A stretch of DNA of 64,000 nt from positions 61,860 through 125,859 of the forward strand of contig DAIQMY010000001.1 of the NCBI GenBank assembly GCA_036788695.1. Reading direction: 5' to 3'. Positions 55,128 through 64,000 of the stretch are shown in pieces. The DNA is from Candidatus Levyibacteriota bacterium. Lineage in GTDB: Bacteria; Patescibacteriota; Microgenomatia; Levybacterales; GWA1-39-11. Within the stretch, counting starts at the first letter, position 1. The number at the start of each line of letters is the position of its first letter. The notes beneath the pieces are model-generated. The model did not search any database, was not told where the DNA came from, and saw only the letters and a program-made list of their open reading frames with translations. The translations under genes were made by a program, and so were the position numbers.

Positions 55128-56693
55128 TTATTCTAGATTCTCACGCTTTGAGTGAAGATATAAAAACCATTGATCAAAAAATCCAAAAAGTCCTTTGAAG
55201 GGAGTTTCTATCACGAAATCAAACAAGAAAAGAATTATGTTTACCTGTGAGATTCCCTCTGTTAAATACATACCTACTCTGGCTACAGGTAAGAAGAAGA
55301 AATCAGCAACGAGTGTTTTAATGCTTTGCTTGTCCTCAAGAGTATAAATATGGGCAGTTTGACTGATTCTATAAGATAAGAAAGAAACAATTGCAATAAA
55401 GAACAGAAAAATACCCTGACTGATAATATTAAAGTCTAGCTTTGTTAATACGAATACAATAAAGCCAAAGCTGATAAGAAATGTGGTGAGCCACAATACG
55501 GTAAAAATGATATCAGAAAATGTGTTTTTCTTTTTTGATGGGTCTTGAAAAGTGATTGCATATCCAATTCTCGGCTCAGCTGAAAACATAAGCTCACGGA
55601 TCGCATGAAGAATTCTTAACGAATTACTTCTGTTTGGTGTAGTAATAAAAAAGCTTGCAATAATCATAAGAGATACGGGAGCAACTATATTAAGCCCCAG
55701 AGTTAACCACTGAATATGCCCATATGCATACTTTTCATACGTTCCTTCTATAACAAAGGCGAAAAGAACTTTTGATATTAATATAAAAACAACTGATCTT
55801 ACAATTGCCCTTCTGACTTTTGATGCAATACCACTATATTTCTTCTCACATGTAGAAATTACCACGTTTGAAAATTCTTCCTCATTCTCTATAAGGGTGT
55901 ACATATTCCCCTCCTGAGTTCTTATAATATCCTCAAGAATTAAGAAGGGAGGAATATATTTTTTTACATAATTTGCAATCTTATATCTGAGCGGATGCTC
56001 AATTGCTCGTTCTATGCTCGCAAACGCCTCTGAAAATCCTACTGAAACTTTTTCAAAGCTATCACTTGTTACCCCGCCAAAATATTGCTTAAAAAGATTG
56101 AACCGCAAAAGGGCTAAGTTGTCTTTCGTGTAAGACCTTCTTATTGCAATAAATAATTGCACATTAAGCGTGTCTTCTGTTTCATTCTCCAACGTGATAT
56201 TTGGATGCAGCGAGTGGAAGATATAGTTTGCCATCGCCTCACGATCAGGTCTTGGATTGAGAAGATTTTCAAGGTCAGATGAAAGAAGGTCATATACTAG
56301 CTTTGTTGCCTCACCATCTTTTAAAATTTTATTATCTATAATGTATCGTCTTAACTTAAGGTATGTATCTATTTTGTCTTGTGAAGCATGAATTAAATCC
56401 TCTGTTACGCTCCCGTCTGGAAGGTAACGCGCCCATATCAATTCGCGAACCAGTGGCCCTGCGACCCCTTTCCCGCCACCTAATAAAATTCTTCGTTTAA
56501 TTATTCGCAATATTGTAGACTGAAGCAAAACCTCATCCTGTCTATACTCCATTGCATTTCTTAATTTTTCATACCATGATGCTATTTCTGAAACAATTGG
56601 ATTAACGGTTAAGCCTTGTTTTTGAAGCTTCTTCTCCTCCTTAATAAAATATTTAAATAATTCTTTCGTGTACTGATTTATAGATGTCTGCAT
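55128..56693 (-). CDS. Hypothetical protein: ~300-aa soluble N-terminal domain + 5-TM C-terminal domain
   Basis: Hydropathy pattern only. First gene of the minus-strand envelope operon. Confidence 0.4.
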   Translation of the reverse strand: MQTSINQYTKELFKYFIKEEKKLQKQGLTVNPIVSEIASWYEKLRNAMEYRQDEVLLQSTILRIIKRRILLGGGKGVAGPLVRELIWARYLPDGSVTEDLIHASQDKIDTYLKLRRYIIDNKILKDGEATKLVYDLLSSDLENLLNPRPDREAMANYIFHSLHPNITLENETEDTLNVQLFIAIRRSYTKDNLALLRFNLFKQYFGGVTSDSFEKVSVGFSEAFASIERAIEHPLRYKIANYVKKYIPPFLILEDIIRTQEGNMYTLIENEEEFSNVVISTCEKKYSGIASKVRRAIVRSVVFILISKVLFAFVIEGTYEKYAYGHIQWLTLGLNIVAPVSLMIIASFFITTPNRSNSLRILHAIRELMFSAEPRIGYAITFQDPSKKKNTFSDIIFTVLWLTTFLISFGFIVFVLTKLDFNIISQGIFLFFIAIVSFLSYRISQTAHIYTLEDKQSIKTLVADFFFLPVARVGMYLTEGISQVNIILFLFDFVIETPFKGLFGFFDQWFLYLHSKRENLE

Positions 56694-56866
56694 ATGTCCA
56701 ATGTCTAGGGTATTTTCTCCTGCTCTTCCGACCCCTCAGTATTATAACAACTTTATGAACTTGTTTCCTCAATTCTTCTTTATAGATCCTTAGGGTAATT
56801 AATCTTACACCCATTTAGTGATCTATATTACAGACGATTTAACGTTTAAGGAATACAATAAAAAGT

Positions 56867-57502
56867 ATGAATGAGATATTAAGTAAAACCTTCTTAAAAG
56901 AAACCCTCGAACATAACGAGATTATAAACTTCCTAACATTTCCCGATGAAAAACTAATTCTTGCCGTACGTGAACACGCAGCTGAACTTTTTATAAGACT
57001 TTTCCAAATGACTACTTTTTCTCTTCTTATAAACGCGATCTTTACTGGGCTTTCTTACTTTCTCTTAAAAGACCTAGTGCTTTCTCTTGCTGTTTTTTCT
57101 GTATTTATGCTGATAGGAAGTGGCACTTTTATAAGAGAGGTTATTCACTGGTATTTTCACTTATACATAATCACAACCAAAAAAGTTATTGAAATAAAAT
57201 ATAACCCTCTCTTCTCAGAAGTTTCAAATTCCGTTCTCCTTGACCAGATCAGATGTACTGAGATAGATGCGGAACTTTATGGATTTGTCTCAGAACTGTT
57301 AGATTTGGGAAATGTCGTAATAACATTTGATAGACCAACCCACCAAGAAGAATTTGTTATCAGGGGGATAAGATCTCCCCGAAAAATAGCAAACTATCTG
57401 TCTTCACACCTTCATACCTTGCCAGATTTAAAATCTCAACAAATTTGGGTTATGCCTAGAAAACCCCAAATAAGTGAATATGGAACACAATTACATAATT
57501 AA
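56867..57502 (+). CDS. Hypothetical membrane protein (2 TM + soluble C-terminal domain)
   Basis: ORF and hydropathy only. Confidence 0.35.
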   Translation: MNEILSKTFLKETLEHNEIINFLTFPDEKLILAVREHAAELFIRLFQMTTFSLLINAIFTGLSYFLLKDLVLSLAVFSVFMLIGSGTFIREVIHWYFHLYIITTKKVIEIKYNPLFSEVSNSVLLDQIRCTEIDAELYGFVSELLDLGNVVITFDRPTHQEEFVIRGIRSPRKIANYLSSHLHTLPDLKSQQIWVMPRKPQISEYGTQLHN

Positions 57503-57719
57503 TATGATGACTATTTCTTTTTTTTTAAAAATTATTCTTTTACTTGTACTTCTTTCACTCCTGGCTGTAAATTACCTACATCAAAGGGAAACCTTACGAA
57601 TTGCAAAACGGCTAGACATTGCACTCCCAGTACTCGTTAAAGAAGCGGCTTCAATTCAAGTATTTATATCTATGTTACTCCTAGGAATCTTTACAGTGCT
57701 TTTTCTTGTCTTTGCATAA
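57474..57719 (+). CDS. Small 2-TM membrane protein (hypothetical)
   Basis: ORF and hydropathy only. Overlaps the previous gene by 29 nt. Confidence 0.3.
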   Translation: MNMEHNYIINMMTISFFLKIILLLVLLSLLAVNYLHQRETLRIAKRLDIALPVLVKEAASIQVFISMLLLGIFTVLFLVFA

Positions 57720-57797
57720 AGCAACAATCCACATACATAGCTTTTAAAAAAACTTTACTACTACTAATATGTATTTTGTGCTACAATTAGCCTCAAT

Positions 57798-59921
57798 ATG
57801 GATAAAGTATATAATCATGGAAGTTCGGAAGAAAAAATATATGCATCATGGGAAAATAATGGTTATTTTAAACCAGAGGTACATCCAAATGGCAAGCCGT
57901 ATTCAATTATTCTCCCTCCACCAAATGCAAACGGTGCGCTTCATTTTGGACATGCCATGTTTACCGTTGAGGATATTTTAATTAGATATCACCGCATGAA
58001 AGGGTACGCAGCACTATGGCTTCCAGGAACAGACCATGCTGGGATAGAGACTCAATTTGTTTTTGAAAAAAGACTAAAAGAAGAAGGAAAAAGCAGACTC
58101 GATTTTGATCAATCAACACTTTATTCAATGATTCATGAGTATGTAGAACAACACAGGGGAGGTATTCAAAAACAACTAAAAAGACTTGGGTTCTCACTTG
58201 ATTGGTCAAGAGAAAAATATACGCTTGACCCGGAAATTATAAAGCTTGTCTATAAAACATTTCATCAAATGTATAATGATAATCTTATATATAGAGGGTA
58301 TAAATTAGTTAATTATTGCACGTTTGATGGAACTTCCTTCTCAGACCTTGAGGTTGTTGCTGAGGAAACACAAGGATTACTTTATGAAATCGCTTACCCC
58401 CTTGAAGGAGGAGGAGAAATTCTTGTTGCAACAAGCAGACCAGAAACGTTATTTGGTGATGTGGCAGTTATGGTAAATCCGACAGATATAAGATACACCA
58501 ACCTTATTGGAAAAAATGTACTTCTTCCGTTAACTGATCGGAAGATACCTATTATTAAAGACGACTTCGTAAATAAAGATTTTGGCACTGGAGCCGTAAA
58601 GGTTACCCCTATGCAGAATTTTGATGATTGGGAAGTTGCAAGTAGGCATGCGCTGACAGGAATTCAGGTGGTTAACTTTGACGGCAAGATGATAAATACA
58701 GGGGTCGTAGACGGACTTTTTGTGAAACCTGCACGGGAAAAAACACTTCAACTACTGGATGAGAAAAATTTACTCAAGAGAGAAAAAAAATACACAACAG
58801 TTAGAAAAATTTGTTATAAATGCAAACATGAACTTGAACCGCTTCCGCTTGAGCAATGGTTTGTAAAAGTAAAAACGCTTGCTGATGAAGCAATACATGC
58901 AGTTAAGACAGGAAAAATAACGATTACTCCTAAAAATTTTGAGGCAATCTATTTTCAGTGGCTCGAAAACCTACGGGATTGGAATATAAGCAGACAAATA
59001 GCATGGGGGATACGTATCCCTGCCTGGAGATGTCATGACTGTGATGCATGGATTGTCACAGAAGGAGAAACCCCCATACAATGCACTGAATGTAAGTCAC
59101 TCAAACTCTCCCAAGACTCAGATACATTTGACACATGGTTCTCTTCTGGTCAATGGCCATATCTAACGCTTAAAACAAGTGGGGGGGATTTTGAAAAATT
59201 CTATCCTACTGATGTCATGGAAACAGCATATGACATTTTAAAGGCGTGGGTAACCAGAATGGTCATGCTTGGACTTTATGTCACGAATGATATCCCATTT
59301 AAAAACGTTTTGTTCCATGGAATAGTAAACGATCCATATGGGAAAAAGATGAGTAAAAGCCGGGGAAATGTTATCAACCCACTTGAATTAGTAGATGAAT
59401 ATGGAGCTGATGCGGTACGCTTCGCCCTTATCTATGGTAACGCAACAGGAAACGACCAAGCTCTCTCTTATCCAAAACTTGAAGCAGCAAGAAAATTTAC
59501 CAATAAAATTTGGAATATTGGACGCTTTATAGAGATGCAAAAAGATAAGCTTACAGAAAATAAACCACAGATAAATAAAACAATTTCAGATGTAAAAGCT
59601 AAAAATGCAACAGACCAAGAATGGGTTGAGAGGGTACATGCCTTAAACATGGAAATCACCAAATATCTTGATGCTTATCAATTTAATTTAGCCGCGGAAA
59701 GACTGTATGAGTTTATTTGGCATGAGTTTGCAGATATTTACATAGAGGATGTTAAAAATAGAATGGACAACGATTCCTACTCCATATTAGTTTTACTCTA
59801 TACAAACCTCTTACTACTTATTCATCCTTTTATGCCTTTTATTACCGAAAAAATAAATCAAGAGCTAGGGCTTGAGAATGAAATGCTTATTATTTCTGCA
59901 TGGCCAGGCACATATGCATAA
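57798..59921 (+). CDS. valS: Valine--tRNA ligase, compact form lacking the C-terminal coiled-coil
   Basis: HIGH-class motif PPPNANGALHFGHA. TDHAGIETQ. KMSKS motif KMSKSRGN. 707 aa, versus ~880 aa in typical bacteria. Confidence 0.85.
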   Translation: MDKVYNHGSSEEKIYASWENNGYFKPEVHPNGKPYSIILPPPNANGALHFGHAMFTVEDILIRYHRMKGYAALWLPGTDHAGIETQFVFEKRLKEEGKSRLDFDQSTLYSMIHEYVEQHRGGIQKQLKRLGFSLDWSREKYTLDPEIIKLVYKTFHQMYNDNLIYRGYKLVNYCTFDGTSFSDLEVVAEETQGLLYEIAYPLEGGGEILVATSRPETLFGDVAVMVNPTDIRYTNLIGKNVLLPLTDRKIPIIKDDFVNKDFGTGAVKVTPMQNFDDWEVASRHALTGIQVVNFDGKMINTGVVDGLFVKPAREKTLQLLDEKNLLKREKKYTTVRKICYKCKHELEPLPLEQWFVKVKTLADEAIHAVKTGKITITPKNFEAIYFQWLENLRDWNISRQIAWGIRIPAWRCHDCDAWIVTEGETPIQCTECKSLKLSQDSDTFDTWFSSGQWPYLTLKTSGGDFEKFYPTDVMETAYDILKAWVTRMVMLGLYVTNDIPFKNVLFHGIVNDPYGKKMSKSRGNVINPLELVDEYGADAVRFALIYGNATGNDQALSYPKLEAARKFTNKIWNIGRFIEMQKDKLTENKPQINKTISDVKAKNATDQEWVERVHALNMEITKYLDAYQFNLAAERLYEFIWHEFADIYIEDVKNRMDNDSYSILVLLYTNLLLLIHPFMPFITEKINQELGLENEMLIISAWPGTYA

Positions 59922-61749
59922 ATTACTTGTATATCTTTTTTTCATAGCTTTGTTTCTATTTCCATCACAAATTTTTGCGAGTGAAAACTCATACATCACG
60001 ATTGTTAACCCTCAAAGAATTTCCTCCTACACAAAAAACTACCTTGCAAGTTTCCAAGCAGAAAAGTATGAGATAGAATCCAGAAATCTACCTGCCACTT
60101 GGCTCCTAACATATAACGTCCTTACTAAAAACGACTTTGTAAAGGAGTTAAAAACTCTAAACCGCAATCAGGAGCTTGGCATATTTCTGGAAATTACACC
60201 TGAGCTTTCAAAAAAAGCAAATGTAGTCTACAACAGCACTTCCTCATGGCATTATGCCACATCCTTATTTCTATCCGGATATTCACAAAATGACCGCAAG
60301 AAATTAATAGATACAGTTTTTGAGACCTTTAAAAATACCTTTGGCTATTATCCAGTGTCTGTAGGAGGATGGTGGGTTGACTCATATTCTCTTGAATATA
60401 TGAAGAAAAAATATAATATTACAAGTGTACTTGGTGTTTCAGACCAATACGATCTTGATCACTACACAGTATGGGGAACTTGGTGGTCAGTACCATACTA
60501 TCCAAACAAAACACACGCCGCAATCCCCGCACAAAATATAAATGAAAAACTAGACATAGTGTCCCTACGGTGGGCAGCTCGCGACCCGCTTCACGGGTAT
60601 CACAGCCCTAGCAGTAGCGCGGCCAGTATGTATAGTGTACAGGACTATTCAACACTACAAATAGACTCCTCCTATTTTGAGAAACTCTTATCCACATTTG
60701 CCCCCAAACATTATGAAAATTCGTTTGGACATATAACTGTGGGGCTTGAAGGAGATTTAGACCCCTCAATATATAAAACTAATTTCGCAAAACAACTTGA
60801 CATGGTAAAGCAATTTGCCCAAACAAATAATACAAAACTTCTTACCATGGGAGAGTTTTCAAAGTGGTATCGATCATCATTCCCTTCCGTCTCACCAAAC
60901 CATCTTGTTTATGCTCAGGATCTTTTAGGAAGGGGCGATAAACAGTCTCTATGGATGCAAACACCATATTATAGAATTGGCCTTTTGTATGACTCCAAAA
61001 AAAAGACTTTACAAATAGTAGACCTAAGAGAATACTACCCTAACTTTAAAGAACCTTTTTTTATTGAAAAAAATATGCAAAATAATCTACCCATAACACT
61101 ACCGTACTTAATAGATACAGAAATTAATCCGGGGACTCAAGAAAACTTTAATCTTGGCGAATTACTGAAAGCAACCAATAAATCACTCGTATTTGAGAAG
61201 GGGATAGTTCAGTTCAATGATAATTCCATAACTTTTCCTACCAAAACATTCACTTTCGGCAAAAAGTATTCTGTTCCGAACACGGGTATCGTTTATAAAG
61301 ATGCATCTATCACTTTTCCTTTCACCCTAAAAAGACGCTTCCCGTATCTCCCTGGGGCTATACCGTTTATAATTCCTCAGCTATTTTATATTAGTCAATC
61401 AGAGTATGACGCGCTACAAGTATTAAAAAAGCAAAAAATGGGTAATGTGCTCGTTTTTGATAAAGACTGCATTAAATGCGCATTTACAAGTCAATATAAG
61501 CCTGCTGCAGCAGCTGGTAAGAAGTCTTATATTAATGTCTTCACAAATAAGCCTGTGCAGGTTGATATATCATTTTTGCTTGCGCGCTCAAGTATGAATG
61601 CAAGAAATATCCTGAAGAAAAAAAATATCAGATATATTTACCTTTCAAAGTATGAGAGTTATGTTGAGTCGCTTCCCTATTTGCCTCAGGATCTGGGGTT
61701 AAAGAGAGTGTACCAAAACGCAAATGCTGAAATTTGGAAAGTAGACTAA
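59914..61749 (+). CDS. Large secreted protein (signal peptide; Trp/Tyr-rich), hypothetical
   Basis: MHKLLVYLFFIALFLFPSQIFA|SEN signal peptide. No recognised catalytic motif. 8-nt overlap with the valS stop. Confidence 0.45.
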   Translation: MHKLLVYLFFIALFLFPSQIFASENSYITIVNPQRISSYTKNYLASFQAEKYEIESRNLPATWLLTYNVLTKNDFVKELKTLNRNQELGIFLEITPELSKKANVVYNSTSSWHYATSLFLSGYSQNDRKKLIDTVFETFKNTFGYYPVSVGGWWVDSYSLEYMKKKYNITSVLGVSDQYDLDHYTVWGTWWSVPYYPNKTHAAIPAQNINEKLDIVSLRWAARDPLHGYHSPSSSAASMYSVQDYSTLQIDSSYFEKLLSTFAPKHYENSFGHITVGLEGDLDPSIYKTNFAKQLDMVKQFAQTNNTKLLTMGEFSKWYRSSFPSVSPNHLVYAQDLLGRGDKQSLWMQTPYYRIGLLYDSKKKTLQIVDLREYYPNFKEPFFIEKNMQNNLPITLPYLIDTEINPGTQENFNLGELLKATNKSLVFEKGIVQFNDNSITFPTKTFTFGKKYSVPNTGIVYKDASITFPFTLKRRFPYLPGAIPFIIPQLFYISQSEYDALQVLKKQKMGNVLVFDKDCIKCAFTSQYKPAAAAGKKSYINVFTNKPVQVDISFLLARSSMNARNILKKKNIRYIYLSKYESYVESLPYLPQDLGLKRVYQNANAEIWKVD

Positions 61750-61753
61750 AAAC

Positions 61754-63520
61754 TTATTTAACCGTAACGGACTTTGCAAGATTCCTAGGTTTATCTGGAT
61801 CATTTATTCCTTTTGCAAGTGCTATATAATAGGATAAGAGCTGAACAGGCACAATTTGTGTCAGGATAGTCGCATCTTTTAAGTCCTTTATCTCTATAAA
61901 GTCATCAAATGCTTCAGAATTCTTAGGACTTATACCAATAATTCGCGCTCCACGGGATCGTATTTCAATAGCGTTTGAAATTATTGCCTCATATGTCTCG
62001 TCTAATGGCGCAAAAACTATACATGGAGTTCCTTTTTGAATCAGTGCTATTGTCCCATGTTTTAATTCTCCCCCTGCAAGCCCCTCAGTATGAATATATG
62101 TTACTTCTTTTATTTTTAGAGCTGCCTCAAGCGCACTCGGGTAAGACATACCGCGTCCAATAATAAATATGCTTTGCGCGCTTGCAAGACCTTTTGCCAG
62201 ACGCTTTATTTTTTGAAGTTTTTTCTTATCCAACATACCTCTAATCTCATCTGCTGCCATATGTACGTATGGAAGAATTTCTTTTGTCTTGTCATCCAGG
62301 GAATATGCCAAGAGTAAAAGGGTAGTGAGCTTTGCGATATATGCCTTGGTTGACGCAACAGCTTTCTCAGGACCTGCGCCTAACAACATTTTATAGTCTG
62401 CCATTCTATAAATGGTTGAACCTATAACATTAACAACTGCCGCGATTGTGGCCCCTTTTTCCTGTGCTCGCGTTAACGGCTCAACAACATCTATTGTTTC
62501 TCCGCTTTGTGAAAACGCCATAACTAAACTTTTCTTCTTCAAAAAATCTTCAACATAATTAAATTCTGAAGCAATAGCAGAATTCACATGAATCTTTGCG
62601 ATTCTTGAAAAAAGGTAGATACCAGATAAACATGCGTGATAAGCTGTCCCTGCCGCAATAAAAAATGTCCCGTGGGCACTTTTTACAACGTTTGAAAGCC
62701 TTTTTATTTCTGGTAAACACTCATTTGCTAAGTGCTCAATAACAATTGGCTGTTCCGCAATTTCCTTAACCATAAAATGCTTAAATGTTCCAAGCTGCGC
62801 TGTTTCCTGCTGCCAATTAATTCCCTGTATATTTGGTTTTTCTTTTTTACCGGTTTTCAAAGACAAAACTTCTATGGATTTTGTGAGGGTAGCAAGCATA
62901 TGGTCTTCAAGAAAAATCATATTTTTTGTGTGAGGAAGAATTGCTGACATATCAGAAGCCACAAAATATTCACCTTTTCCTACTCCTATAACTAGTGGTG
63001 ATCCGTTTTTTGCGACAACAAGTGCATTTGTCTTTTGATCCATTACAACCACCGCTGAAAGACCATGAAGCTTTTGAAAGACTGAAAATACCGCATGGGA
63101 AAGGTTATCGTCTTTTTTTAGCTCCTCCTCAATTAAATGTACAATTACTTCTGTGTCGGTCCCTGAAACAAAGGTATGTTTTCTTTTAATAAGCCCTTCC
63201 TTTAACTCTTTATAATTTTCAACGATTCCATTATGAACTAAGGCGATTCTATGGTCACAATCCATATGGGGATGAGCATTCTCAACAGTAACTCCACCAT
63301 GCGTTGCCCATCGGGTATGCCCAATTCCTAAAGAACTTTCGGCTAGTGTTGTTGAGGCTCCGCCAATCTTCCCAACATGCTTTTCCATAGCAATCTTTTC
63401 ACCGCCATTTACAGCAACGCCCCATGAATCATAACCTCTATATTCAAGAGTTTTTAAGCCATCAAGCACTATATTTGCAGCATTCTTTTTTGGACCAATA
63501 TAACCTAATATTCCACACAT
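61754..63520 (-). CDS. glmS: Glutamine--fructose-6-phosphate aminotransferase (isomerising)
   Basis: Starts MCGILGYIG, with the N-terminal nucleophile Cys after Met. Two SIS domains. C-terminal ...KPRNLAKSVTVK. The ORF-track start at 63613 is an upstream extension. Confidence 0.9.
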   Translation of the reverse strand: MCGILGYIGPKKNAANIVLDGLKTLEYRGYDSWGVAVNGGEKIAMEKHVGKIGGASTTLAESSLGIGHTRWATHGGVTVENAHPHMDCDHRIALVHNGIVENYKELKEGLIKRKHTFVSGTDTEVIVHLIEEELKKDDNLSHAVFSVFQKLHGLSAVVVMDQKTNALVVAKNGSPLVIGVGKGEYFVASDMSAILPHTKNMIFLEDHMLATLTKSIEVLSLKTGKKEKPNIQGINWQQETAQLGTFKHFMVKEIAEQPIVIEHLANECLPEIKRLSNVVKSAHGTFFIAAGTAYHACLSGIYLFSRIAKIHVNSAIASEFNYVEDFLKKKSLVMAFSQSGETIDVVEPLTRAQEKGATIAAVVNVIGSTIYRMADYKMLLGAGPEKAVASTKAYIAKLTTLLLLAYSLDDKTKEILPYVHMAADEIRGMLDKKKLQKIKRLAKGLASAQSIFIIGRGMSYPSALEAALKIKEVTYIHTEGLAGGELKHGTIALIQKGTPCIVFAPLDETYEAIISNAIEIRSRGARIIGISPKNSEAFDDFIEIKDLKDATILTQIVPVQLLSYYIALAKGINDPDKPRNLAKSVTVK

Positions 63521-63797
63521 ATAAAATAGTTGGGTGACAAAACAAAGGTAATTTATACAAATACCTTGGGGACTGAGGTGAGTAGTGCACGAATTCTTCT
63601 TTGTTCTCCTCATTACTGAAGAGTGTTAAAAAAATTCTTTAGGTTGGCATTGCAACCTGAAGGTTTCCGCAAATCCTCCCCTCACTTTTCTGTGAGTGGG
63701 GTCCGATCTCTCTTGCAACAAATGGCAAGAGACCTTCTCCTCGTTATCCCGCAAGCGGGATCTACACGCTCTTAACTTAAAAAAACACGCTCAATTC
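63521..63797 (-). ncRNA. Long (~277 nt) highly structured 5' leader of glmS ending in a terminator-like hairpin + U7: candidate cis-regulatory RNA (riboswitch/attenuator; possibly a divergent glmS-type element)
   Basis: In the glmS sense there are four hairpins: ATCCCGCttGCGGGAT (63761..63746), TCTCTTGCcatttgttGCAAGAGA (63732..63709), CCCCaCTCACagaaaaGTGAGGGG (63701..63678), AGGTTGcaatgcCAACCT (63658..63641). Then AAAGAATTTTTTT (U-run 63634..63628), ~105 nt before the ATG. ACGAGGAGAAGG loosely resembles the glmS-ribozyme GACGAGGAUGGAGG core. Confidence 0.35.
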
Positions 63798-63804
63798 CGC
63801 CCAT

Positions 63805-63865
63805 AGTATATCTATAAACTCTTACAATGTCAAGCTTTGACATATATTCTAGCCCTTGAGATAAT
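63805..63865. promoter_or_regulatory. Back-to-back divergent sigma-70-like promoters sharing an inverted repeat TGTCAA-GCT-TTGACA
   Basis: Minus: TTGACA (63833..63828)-17-TATACT (63810..63805), directing the glmS leader. Plus: TTGACA (63837..63842)-17-GATAAT (63860..63865), reading out of the window. The two -35 boxes are the two arms of the palindrome. Confidence 0.4.
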
Positions 63866-64000
63866 AGAACAGTGAACATAAAGCAGTTATTACCGCATAA
63901 TTACCGAATCATTACCGCAACCCAAAATCATATCTCTCAAAATAAAAAAATGTATTCGATTTATGCCTTGTGTTTTTCGACTTTGCTTTTACTATTTTTA

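Noticed and set aside
63521-63797. Direct identification of the glmS leader as a canonical glmS ribozyme (Rfam RF00234)
   Set aside because: Only a short ACGAGGAG…GG similarity to the ribozyme core was seen by eye. The conserved AUCGAAUUUUCGGCGGAUGCC segment and P1 cleavage-site context are not evident. A terminator-like hairpin + U7 argues for an attenuation mechanism instead. It is reported as a candidate structured leader, not as a confirmed ribozyme.
1-64000. Search for transposases, integrases, phage structural genes, restriction-modification, toxin-antitoxin pairs or Cas genes
   Set aside because: No ORF in the window shows DDE/tyrosine/serine recombinase motifs, Cas signatures or R-M methyltransferase motifs. 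The Fic protein is the long Fic_N+wHTH type, not a Doc/Phd toxin pair.

Overview
This 64-kb window is a low-GC (~37% by eye) bacterial chromosomal segment that is almost entirely protein-coding, with short intergenic gaps and many 4-8-nt gene overlaps. The gene content matches a small-genome, CPR/Patescibacteria-like lineage: ATP-dependent DNA ligase, archaeal-type UMP and CMP kinases, an EndoQ-like nuclease, type IV pilin, a short ValRS, and candidate leaderless promoters. This lineage call is an inference, not a database result. Recognisable core genes include dnaG-rpoD, recF, rpmH-rnpA-yidC-jag (rpmH was missed by the ORF track), valS, glmS, two PBP1A paralogs, a glycolysis/pentose-phosphate cluster (rpe-rpiB-fba-pfkB, pgk, gap), comM, an ABC-F ATPase, a P2-type cation ATPase, msrA and one tRNA-Asn(GTT). 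I found no rRNA, no CRISPR array, and no transposase, integrase or other canonical mobile-element gene. The candidate previously undescribed system is a tightly coupled Fic(AMPylase)-orphan receiver-ATP-dependent DNA ligase operon, flanked by a perfect 78-bp tandem duplication of the ligase 3' end (1). Other accessory-looking features: a GT4-alpha/beta-hydrolase-GT4 cassette (2); a tRNA-Asn-adjacent block with a bacterial SET-domain protein and orphan hypotheticals (3); four VOC-superfamily paralogs (4); an envelope-polysaccharide operon with an embedded RNase HI (5); and a long hairpin-rich glmS leader ending in a terminator-like hairpin plus U-run, behind divergent back-to-back promoters sharing an inverted repeat (6). 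All coordinates and motifs were read by hand from the sequence; no homology search was possible.
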